Below, in pieces: positions 10,873 to 18,013 of a stretch of 64,000 nucleotides of DNA (position 1 is the first letter of the stretch; each line of letters opens with the position of its first letter). The position numbers and the translations under genes were made by a program. This DNA is from an uncultured Rhodospirillales bacterium (GTDB lineage: Bacteria > Pseudomonadota > Alphaproteobacteria > RF32 > CAG-239): NCBI GenBank assembly GCA_902763185.1, contig CACWQT010000002.1, forward strand, positions 71,874 to 135,873, given 5' to 3'. The notes beneath the pieces are model-generated. The model worked only from the letters and a program-made list of their open reading frames with translations, searched no databases and was not told the origin of the DNA.

Positions 10873-11025
10873 TTATATTTAAACTTAAAAGCCGCTTATC
10901 AAAGCGGCTTTTGCAATGGGTTTGAGAAAATGCCCTGCTGGAAGCAGATTTGCGACTGAGGTTTACAAAACCGGTAAATAAAGGAGCAAATCTGCAATCA
11001 TGAGGGCGTTTTACCAAGCCCCCAC
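10873..11025. repeat. Structured composite element, type A copy 1 (conserved 18-mer + small terminator hairpin + GCAATGGGTTTG linker + long hairpin + CCCCCAC)
   Basis: It consists of TTATATTTAAACTTAAAA (10873..10890), the hairpin GCCGCTT-ATCA-AAGCGGC (10891..10908), TTTTGCAATGGGTTTGA, a long hairpin at 10927..11012, and CCCCCAC at 11019..11025. It is homologous to 12688..12827. Confidence 0.8.
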
Positions 11026-11055
11026 GAAAAAATGCTTAGTTTAATAAAAAGAAAA

Positions 11056-11163
11056 AATTTGAGATGGATAGAAGTAAATGTCCTGTGGCAAAAATCCTAG
11101 TGTAGATAAAACTACATGAATTTTTGCCAACAGGCTTCCATTTACGATTAGACGTTCAAATTT
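11056..11163. repeat. Structured hairpin element, type B copy 2
   Basis: This 108-nt imperfect hairpin pairs aaatttgagatggatagaagtaaatgtcctgtggcaaaaat with atttttgccaacaggcttccatttacgattagacgttcaaattt. It ends 7 nt from the secY stop. It shares ATGTCCTG (11078..11085) and ACAGGCTTCCAT (11130..11141) with copy 1. Confidence 0.75.
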
Positions 11164-11169
11164 TCCTTT

Positions 11170-12513
11170 TTATTTCTTTTTCTTGACGAGAGCAGCCTTC
11201 TTCAACAACCCCTCATACTGATACGCAAACAAGTGCGATTGAACTTGTGTGATAAAGTCAAGTGTCACTTGCACCACGATGAGAAGTGTTGTTCCACCCA
11301 AAACAAACGGAACATTTAACTTGGCAATCAAAATTTCCGGCAAGATACACAATGCCGCCAAATAAGTTGCACCGAGAACGGTTAAACGGGTTACCACATA
11401 ATCCAAATACTCTGCGGTATTTTTACCGGGACGAATACCGGCAATAAATCCGCCATGCTTTTTGAGGTTATCAGCGGTTTCTTCGGGGTTAACCACAACA
11501 GCGGTGTAGAAGAACGCAAAGAACACAATCAAGAACGCATATAAGAATAAGTAAAGCGGTTGACCATGACTTAAATAACGACTTAAAGTTTGCACCCATG
11601 CCGGTCCATTAGTTGACCAAATATTGGCAATTGTAATCGGGAGCAACAACAAAGCGCTGGCAAAAATCGGCGGAATAACACCGGTCGGGTTAACTTTTAA
11701 CGGCAAATGAGAGCTTTCAGCGGCTGTCATGCGAAGACCGATTTGACGCTTAGGATATTGCACCAAAATCTTTCTTTGTGCCATTTCCACCTTTAAGATA
11801 ATAAACACCAACAAAATACTCATCAGGAACAAGCCCAAGATAACCAAAGGTGACATAGAACCGATACGCCCTAATTCCAATGTCTGACCGATTGCAGACG
11901 GCACGTTAGCAATAATACCGACGGTAATAATAAGAGATGAGCCGTTACCGACACCGCGTGAGGTGATTTGATCACCGAGCCAAACGATAAACATTGTGCC
12001 ACCGGTAAGCGAAATAATGGTAGAAAAGATAAATGTATAAGGCGCGATTACCACCGCACTGGAACCGTCACCGTTAGATAAGCTCATAAGACCAAGCGCG
12101 ATACCATAACCTTGAACAATTGTAATTAAAACGGTTAGGAGCTTGGTATAATGCACCATTTTGCGGTGCCCTGCTTCGCCCTCTTTCTTAAGCGCCGCCA
12201 AAGACGGAACAATTGACTGTCCCAATTGTAAGATAATGGAGGCCGAGATGTAAGGCATAATGTTTAAGGCAAAAATGGTCATACGCTCCAACGCACCACC
12301 GGAAAACATGTTAAACATACCCAAGATACCGTTAGAATGTCTGGCAAACAAATCCGCAAGCACCCGCGAATCAATGCCCGGAAGCGGAATAAACGTTCCC
12401 AAACGGAAGACGATTAAAGCGCCCAAAGTAAACCACAAACGTTTTTTCAAATCCGTTGCTTTACTAAAGATAGAAACATCTATATTTGCTGTCTTTTCAC
12501 TTAATGCGACCAT
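11170..12513 (-). CDS. secY: Preprotein translocase subunit SecY
   Basis: SKATDLKKRLWFTLGALIVFRLGTFIPLPGID and the full 10-TM layout are present. I chose the start at MVALSEK (12513), which has AAGGA 8 nt upstream; the ORF track extends to 12540. Confidence 0.95.
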   Translation of the reverse strand: MVALSEKTANIDVSIFSKATDLKKRLWFTLGALIVFRLGTFIPLPGIDSRVLADLFARHSNGILGMFNMFSGGALERMTIFALNIMPYISASIILQLGQSIVPSLAALKKEGEAGHRKMVHYTKLLTVLITIVQGYGIALGLMSLSNGDGSSAVVIAPYTFIFSTIISLTGGTMFIVWLGDQITSRGVGNGSSLIITVGIIANVPSAIGQTLELGRIGSMSPLVILGLFLMSILLVFIILKVEMAQRKILVQYPKRQIGLRMTAAESSHLPLKVNPTGVIPPIFASALLLLPITIANIWSTNGPAWVQTLSRYLSHGQPLYLFLYAFLIVFFAFFYTAVVVNPEETADNLKKHGGFIAGIRPGKNTAEYLDYVVTRLTVLGATYLAALCILPEILIAKLNVPFVLGGTTLLIVVQVTLDFITQVQSHLFAYQYEGLLKKAALVKKKK

Positions 12514-12687
12514 TTTTATTTCCTTAAAATTATTATTCAAACACGACAGAAAAGCACTGTTTTTGACACAGATACTTTACCGAATTGCACCTAATCTAAA
12601 CCATAAAATTTAATTTTACCTTTAAAAAGTGCTACTTTTCCACCACCTTTTAAACAAAAGAACAGGAGTAAGAAACATAAAAAAATT

Positions 12688-12827
12688 TTATATTTAAACT
12701 TAAAAATCGCTCTTTTATGCGATTTTTGCAATGGGTTTGAAAAAGTGTCGCGCTTGAAGTAAATTTCCGACCGCGGTGTATAAAACCAATACATAAGGGA
12801 GGAAATTTATGATAATGGCGATGCTTT
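12688..12827. repeat. Structured composite element, type A copy 2
   Basis: It has the same 18-mer TTATATTTAAACTTAAAA (12688..12705), a small hairpin ATCGCTC-TTTT-ATGCGAT, TTTTGCAATGGGTTTGA, and a long hairpin at 12741..12827 whose 3' arm overlaps the trmB stop codon. Its apical 32 nt are 24/32 identical to copy 1, and the differences are compensatory. Confidence 0.8.
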
Positions 12828-13566
12828 AACGAACCCTCTTATAATTAAAGAATACCGGACGGCGCCCTTCCCGTATAGCCTTCTCCTGATACTTAGTCCT
12901 CACCCAATCTTCAGGCTCATGTTTCCAATCATTACCGCATTTTGCTGTCCAAATAAAATCCGAACACGCATGCATGACCCGAAGCACATGACGCTTATAA
13001 ACCGGATGATCGGTTGCCACCCGAAATAAACCGCCTTTTTTTAATACACGCGCCAACTCTTTTAGATTATCTGGATTAACAAACCGTCGTTCGGTATGCC
13101 GTTTTTTCGGCCACGGATCCGGAAAGAGCAAAAAGATTTTATCAAAAAACGCATCGGGAATTTCGTGAAACAATAGGCGCACATCATCATCAAACACACG
13201 GATATTGTTCACCGGATAAGCGAGCGCATCAATATTTTCCGGCAGATTAACACCCTCCTTAACGCCGCTGATAAGTGTCATCAGATTGGCGACACCATTC
13301 TTAAACACTTCCACACCGATATAACCGTTTTGAGGATTTTTCAAGGCTTGACCATAAAGATGCTGCCCGTCACCAAAACCAATTTCCAGACAAATTTCTT
13401 TTTTAGGCTCACCAAACATTGTATCGTGATTAAAATCAGCCTTACGCGAAACACGCAACTGCGGCAACATAACATCCAACAAGTAGCTCTTGGCCTTGCG
13501 CACCACGCGCCCTTTGCGTCTGCCAAAGAATTTAGGCGCATCAGAAACTATGTGTAAACTAGACAT
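12826..13566 (-). CDS. trmB: tRNA (guanine46-N7)-methyltransferase TrmB
   Basis: 246 aa with the SAM-binding EIGFGDG and the TrmB signature FPDPWPKKRHTERRF. Confidence 0.9.
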   Translation of the reverse strand: MSSLHIVSDAPKFFGRRKGRVVRKAKSYLLDVMLPQLRVSRKADFNHDTMFGEPKKEICLEIGFGDGQHLYGQALKNPQNGYIGVEVFKNGVANLMTLISGVKEGVNLPENIDALAYPVNNIRVFDDDVRLLFHEIPDAFFDKIFLLFPDPWPKKRHTERRFVNPDNLKELARVLKKGGLFRVATDHPVYKRHVLRVMHACSDFIWTAKCGNDWKHEPEDWVRTKYQEKAIREGRRPVFFNYKRVR

Positions 13567-14056
13567 CTAAATCCGCGTCATCTTTGTCACGAAGACTGGT
13601 TAACATAATCAACAACGCGTTTCTGGAACGTGGCGGTAAAGCATAAAATGCTTTCAATAACATCGTCGCCTCTGTGCCGTCCATCGGATCAAACTGCGGC
13701 TCGGTAACATCCTCGTTTAAGAAACCAACCCCAAAATCTTTATTATATTCCGGCAATTTCACATAAGATTCCGCTGGCACATCACTATAAAAATAGCTGA
13801 TATCAACACCTAAAATTGCTGCAATGCTATATAATCTTCCGGCACCGATACGATTCATACCCTTTTCATATTTCTGCACTTGTTGAAAGGTGATTCCCAA
13901 ACGGTCTGCCAATTCTTTTTGGCTCAACTGCAACAATTTACGGCGAGCACTGATACGGGCACCGACATGAATATCAACGGGACCGATGCCGCTTTCATAC
14001 ACACCATCGGCATTAATCATCTGTGACTTTGGTTTACGTCCGCGAGGCATTTTCAT
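13559..14056 (-). CDS. XRE-family helix-turn-helix transcriptional regulator
   Basis: 165 aa. It has the HTH LSQKELADRLGITFQQVQKYEKGMNRI and overlaps the trmB start by 8 nt. Confidence 0.8.
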   Translation of the reverse strand: MKMPRGRKPKSQMINADGVYESGIGPVDIHVGARISARRKLLQLSQKELADRLGITFQQVQKYEKGMNRIGAGRLYSIAAILGVDISYFYSDVPAESYVKLPEYNKDFGVGFLNEDVTEPQFDPMDGTEATMLLKAFYALPPRSRNALLIMLTSLRDKDDADLDV

Positions 14057-14081
14057 TCTCCTAAAAAATTAAATACTGCAT

Positions 14082-14165
14082 TAGTGATACACTGAAATTT
14101 CACAAACCGCAACAACTTTTTGGCGAAAAATACAACTATGACGATAGTGATACACCAAAAAGTTG
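14082..14165. promoter_or_regulatory. Candidate operator repeats in the XRE/MFS divergent region
   Basis: The 11-nt direct repeat TAGTGATACAC occurs at 14082..14092 and 14145..14155, a 63-bp spacing. An 11-nt inverted repeat pairs CAACTTTTTGG (14113..14123) with CCAAAAAGTTG (14155..14165). Confidence 0.4.
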
Positions 14166-14287
14166 ACAACAAGCCATAGCGATTCGCCTTTTAATTGTAT
14201 ATTGAACTTTCAAAAGCAAATTTTTCTTGCTTTTTACGCTGTCCAGAATAGTATACTTCATAAAAAAGAACTTTCAAAGGAACGACC

Positions 14288-15499
14288 ATGATACCTGTTA
14301 AAACAGCGCATCGGTGGCTAACAGTTGCCAACGCCTTAACGGAAACGCAATTTATTTTGCCGGTTTTGATGCTGTTTTATGGCTATAAAGGGGTAAACAT
14401 GGGCGATTTTTTCCTAATCCAAGGTATCTGCTGCATTGCTATATTCATCCTTGAAGTGCCAACCGGTTACATCAGTGACATCTTTTCCAGAAAAAATACC
14501 ATTATCCTTGGGGCTATTGCCTGGATAATCGGGTATCTGTTCCTTATTTTCGGTTATGGTTTTACCACCATCTTAACCGGCGAACTTTGTTTCGCCTTAG
14601 CTATATCCCTAATGTCCGGAACTATTGAGGCTTACTTATACGACCTTTTAAAAAAACGCCACAAAGAAGGCTCTTTCCATAAAAAGTATGCTAAAATGAA
14701 AACATTGAGCAATTTAACGATTATGGTGGGCGCACTAAGCGGTGCGTTCCTATATCAATTTATCGGTCCGACTGCGCCACTATGGGCAACAGTTATCGGG
14801 CTGATGATAACTGCCACAATTTTAATTTTGTTACCTGACGTGCCGGAGTCAAAAAGAATTGTTGCCGAAAACAAAAGCAAATGGCAGGATATCTGCGATA
14901 TTTCAAAATACGCCCTCAAACATCAGGAACTAAAATGGCTGATGTTGTTTCCGGCATTTTATGGAACAATGACATTGATTTTGATGTGGGGTTTGCAGTC
15001 AGTCATGATAACCAAAAACGTTCCTGTTTTTATGTTTAGCGTTGTTATGAGCGCCAACGCATTTATGCGTGTGATTTGGTCAGGATTTTCATCAAAAGCC
15101 CTTGAAAAATTAAACTTGTCCGGCATTCTTGTTTTACAAAGCATTGTGATTACCATTGCCGCTATCGGTGCATCGATCGCAGAATACACCAACAATATCG
15201 GTGTTTATGTGTGCCTATTTTTAATGATTTTAGGAAGTTCCTCGGTGGTGCTATCCAATATTACATCTTCGGTTCTGATTAACCACCGCATCAAATCAGA
15301 TGAACGCGCAACCATATTATCTGTCGGTTCTATGGTAAACCGCATATTTTGGTCAATCGGAATGATAGGCTTAAAACCATTATTTGATACACTAAGCCTC
15401 AGCAAAACATTTTTAATAACTTCATTGATGCTCTTCCCGATTATCTTTTGCGCACGTCACTTATATAAGATGAAATTAAAAACCATGGGCGAGAGATAA
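14288..15499 (+). CDS. MFS-type transporter (paralog of 27011..28225)
   Basis: 403 aa and about 12 TM. The N-terminal region LLMLFYGYKGVNMGDFFLIQGICCIAIFILEVPTGYISD is clearly paralogous to the 27011 gene product. Confidence 0.75.
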   Translation: MIPVKTAHRWLTVANALTETQFILPVLMLFYGYKGVNMGDFFLIQGICCIAIFILEVPTGYISDIFSRKNTIILGAIAWIIGYLFLIFGYGFTTILTGELCFALAISLMSGTIEAYLYDLLKKRHKEGSFHKKYAKMKTLSNLTIMVGALSGAFLYQFIGPTAPLWATVIGLMITATILILLPDVPESKRIVAENKSKWQDICDISKYALKHQELKWLMLFPAFYGTMTLILMWGLQSVMITKNVPVFMFSVVMSANAFMRVIWSGFSSKALEKLNLSGILVLQSIVITIAAIGASIAEYTNNIGVYVCLFLMILGSSSVVLSNITSSVLINHRIKSDERATILSVGSMVNRIFWSIGMIGLKPLFDTLSLSKTFLITSLMLFPIIFCARHLYKMKLKTMGER

Positions 15500-15573
15500 A
15501 ATAACCTGTTGCATTTAAAAGAAAAATACCTCATACTCACCACATTAAACAATTATTATAAAACTTAAGCATT

Positions 15574-16167
15574 ATGGAAAGAATGGATTTTTTGGTTAAC
15601 GGATTTATGCAACAGCATAATCTGACGGTAGATGATTTATTAAACTACCTTGTGGAGCGCAAAGCTAAAGAGCAGACTATTCCTCTGAACAAAGCTAATT
15701 TTGAACAAATTAAAGTCGGTATGTATTGGTATGACGATAACACAATTTCAGAGACCTACTATTCTGACCGCAGATTAAAATCACTGATTTTGGCCGTCTA
15801 TGAAGACCACGTCATCGGCGACACATTTTTTCAAAAAAGCCGCTTGCTTGACTTCAATTCGGCAATGTGCGAAATCGCTTCGTTCAAGAATGACTACATC
15901 CCGTGCGGCAAAGCCCATAGAGCAAAGTTAAAAGATTTAGAAAGTGTGGCAAACAACATTGACGTCATTAACAAGGCCCTGAAAGCTATCGGCAAACCGC
16001 AATGGCGCTTTTCATATTGGACTGATTCAATCAATCCCTATGAAGATGACTGGTATCGCAAAAAGTGGCATTACATTGTAACCGTCACAGAAAGACACCG
16101 TTGCCGACCGGCTCCGGACAGAGAAATTGCCGATGCTCGTCCCCTGCTCTATTTTGAACTGAAATAA
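15574..16167 (+). CDS. Hypothetical protein
   Basis: 197 aa, soluble, Trp/Tyr-rich, with no motif I recognise. A clean terminator follows it. Confidence 0.5.
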   Translation: MERMDFLVNGFMQQHNLTVDDLLNYLVERKAKEQTIPLNKANFEQIKVGMYWYDDNTISETYYSDRRLKSLILAVYEDHVIGDTFFQKSRLLDFNSAMCEIASFKNDYIPCGKAHRAKLKDLESVANNIDVINKALKAIGKPQWRFSYWTDSINPYEDDWYRKKWHYIVTVTERHRCRPAPDREIADARPLLYFELK

Positions 16168-16172
16168 TCTTT

Positions 16173-16205
16173 TAACCCACCGCCGTGACGGTGGGTTTTA
16201 ATTTT
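16173..16205 (+). terminator. Rho-independent terminator
   Basis: The stem CCCACCG-ccgtga-CGGTGGG is followed by TTTTAATTTT. Confidence 0.75.
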
Positions 16206-16226
16206 AAATTGAGCAACAGAAACCGC

Positions 16227-16254
16227 TTGAATTTTAGAAAAAAAGCATTATACT
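16227..16254 (+). promoter_or_regulatory. Putative ssrA promoter
   Basis: TTGAAT (16227..16232), a 16-nt spacer, then TATACT (16249..16254). Confidence 0.5.
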
Positions 16255-16261
16255 GATTACA

Positions 16262-16566
16262 GTTTGGGTTTACTCAAACTATAATACGAAAAGCCGTATG
16301 AAATAGATATATTGGACCCGAGGGCAGTACTCGGCGCCTCCACCAGTTTAAGGGGGCGAAATAGGTTTGACAGTGTATAGTAAAGATATTTGTGCTGTAT
16401 TCGGCAAGACACCACCGTTATCGGTTCAAATCAAATAAACGCAAATGATAATTTTGCACCTGTTGCTGTAGCTGCTTAAGCCAAGCAACAAAGCTAAATT
16501 CTTTAAGCTATGGTTAGCATAAAGTGGGGGGTGAGCCACCCAGCAACAGAACGGCTCATTTATTTA
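16262..16566 (+). ncRNA. ssrA: Two-piece (circularly permuted) tmRNA, alphaproteobacterial type
   Basis: The acceptor piece ends ...CGCCTCC-A-CCA at 16345. The coding piece begins GGGGGCG at 16352..16358, which pairs with CGCCTCC including a G3:U wobble. The tag frame GCA AAT GAT AAT TTT GCA CCT GTT GCT GTA GCT GCT TAA (16441..16479) encodes ANDNFAPVAVAA*. A terminal hairpin TGAGCC-N15-GGCTCA with a T-rich tail lies at 16532..16566. The 5' boundary is approximate. Confidence 0.85.
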
Positions 16567-16583
16567 TATTAAAGAGGATTAAA

Positions 16584-17048
16584 ATGACCGATTTTGTGGA
16601 TGAAATAAATTATGATAAGCTGATTGAAAAATCATTAAAACAGGTAGTGGTAGAAGCCTTAAAAATTGCCGAACGGCAAGGTCTTCCCGGAGAAAATCAT
16701 TTTTATATTACCTTTAAGACCAATCATCCCGAAACGATAATTCCTCGTGACTTGAAAATCCAATATCCGGAAAGTATGACCATCGTTATGCAACACCAAT
16801 ATTCTAACTTGATGGTAACCGAAAATGCCTTTTCCGTAGAATTGAGTTTTGGCGGCAAACTGCAGACCTTGGTTATACCGTTTGATGCCATCACCTACTT
16901 TGCCGACCCTTATGCCAAATTTGGTTTAAGCTTTTCATTTTATGAAAACGGCGATGTCCACGCACTTGATGATATTGAACCCGAAAAGAAAGTTGCCGGT
17001 GAAACCGCACAAATCATCTCTTTTGACAGCTTTAGAAAAAAACAATAA
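16584..17048 (+). CDS. sspB: ClpXP adaptor SspB (alpha-type)
   Basis: HFYITFKTNHPETIIPRDLKIQYPESMTIVMQHQYSNLMV..FSVELSFGGKLQTLVIPFDAITYFADPYAKFGLSF matches my memory of Caulobacter-type SspB (HLYITF..YPDEMTIVLQHQ..L.F.G....L.VP..A...F.DP...F.L.F). I chose the start at 16584, which follows an AGAGGA RBS. The 16524 start in the track would overlap the tmRNA 3' end. Confidence 0.7.
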   Translation: MTDFVDEINYDKLIEKSLKQVVVEALKIAERQGLPGENHFYITFKTNHPETIIPRDLKIQYPESMTIVMQHQYSNLMVTENAFSVELSFGGKLQTLVIPFDAITYFADPYAKFGLSFSFYENGDVHALDDIEPEKKVAGETAQIISFDSFRKKQ

Positions 17049-17266
17049 TGAAAAAGTTTTCTGTTCTGATTGCCGGACGCCACGCCACAAGTATTTCTTT
17101 GGAAGAAGAATTTTACCAAGAACTACTCAATCTTGCCGCTTCTAAAAACTTAACCGTCTCAGCCCTTGTAACAGAGATTGATGAAACACGCACCACACCC
17201 AATCTCTCATCGGCAATCCGCTTATACATCTTAAAAAACTTAAAACAATCCCTCAAATCGGATTAA
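17048..17266 (+). CDS. Ribbon-helix-helix domain protein (RHH_4-like)
   Basis: 72 aa. IAGRHATSISLEEEFYQELLNLAASKNLTVSALVTEID...NLSSAIRLYIL matches the small alphaproteobacterial RHH family. The gene is start/stop coupled to sspB (ATAATGA). Confidence 0.7.
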   Translation: MKKFSVLIAGRHATSISLEEEFYQELLNLAASKNLTVSALVTEIDETRTTPNLSSAIRLYILKNLKQSLKSD

Positions 17267-17958
17267 AATAAATCCATTTCAACATCCGCATCAGATGATG
17301 CCTCTTGAGGAGAGTTTGGCTTTTCCTCAGCAGACGGCAAATTTTCTTTAATTGATGTTTCTTCAGGCGCAACTTCTTCGGTTTTAACCGGTAACAAAGA
17401 AGACAAACCACCTGCTTTTGGAGTTAACACATCCGCTTCACTATTTTGTAATTGGCTTTCCGCCGGCTCGGTTTCTTTAGTTTCAGACGTTACTGTGTCA
17501 ACCGATTCTTCTGTTATTTCTGCACTTTTTTTCTTAAAACCGCCACGCTTTTTAATTGATGCTTTTAACTCTTCTGATTTTTGATCACGCACCACCTTGG
17601 CATTATAATTCTCACCTTTGGGCAATGCGGCCTCTTTGGCATCTTCTTCTATTTTTTTCATCTCATCCAAAACAGCCTTAGGCACATAACCGGATTTCCC
17701 CTCTTCTATTGCTTTCTTTGCCAAATCCAGCTTAGTCGTTTGATATTTATTTTTATACCAATCAATCACATCGGCTAATGCAACATTATGTTGGCTCATC
17801 GGCCAATAGGCCGCCCCGCCTGCCAAGAGCATCAAGATAAACAAAATCCATAACGGATGCCTGAGCACAAACAAAACCGCAAATATCGGAAAAGTAATGA
17901 TGCTTAAAAAGATATAAAAAAACTTAAAAATTCCGCTTCTTTCTTTTGTTTCACTCAT
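17263..17958 (-). CDS. Membrane-anchored low-complexity (Lys/Glu/Ser-rich) protein
   Basis: 231 aa. It has two N-terminal TM helices followed by a charged, probably disordered tail. No known motif is present. Confidence 0.55.
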   Translation of the reverse strand: MSETKERSGIFKFFYIFLSIITFPIFAVLFVLRHPLWILFILMLLAGGAAYWPMSQHNVALADVIDWYKNKYQTTKLDLAKKAIEEGKSGYVPKAVLDEMKKIEEDAKEAALPKGENYNAKVVRDQKSEELKASIKKRGGFKKKSAEITEESVDTVTSETKETEPAESQLQNSEADVLTPKAGGLSSLLPVKTEEVAPEETSIKENLPSAEEKPNSPQEASSDADVEMDLF

Positions 17959-18013
17959 GCTTTGCTCCTCTGATTTATTATTCTAAAGTATATCAAAGAT
18001 ATTTAAAACTTGC

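Noticed and set aside
10823-11017. A 64-aa reverse-strand ORF between the MORN gene and secY, together with the similar 67-aa ORF at 12591..12794.
   Set aside because: Both lie entirely inside the structured hairpin elements and terminator hairpins. They have no RBS and translate to low-complexity sequence. The repeat and RNA-structure interpretation explains the region better.
5722-12827. The idea that the imperfect hairpins are integron attC sites, given variable-length inverted repeats with conserved ends.
   Set aside because: I found no RYYYAAC / GTTRRRY core sites at the ends and no intI integrase. The flanking genes are core housekeeping genes rather than promoterless cassettes.
16524-16583. 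The upstream extension of the sspB ORF (MGGEPPSNRTAHLFILKRIK...).
   Set aside because: The extension overlaps the tmRNA 3' end and its terminator hairpin. The internal ATG at 16584 has a proper RBS and gives the conserved family N-terminus.
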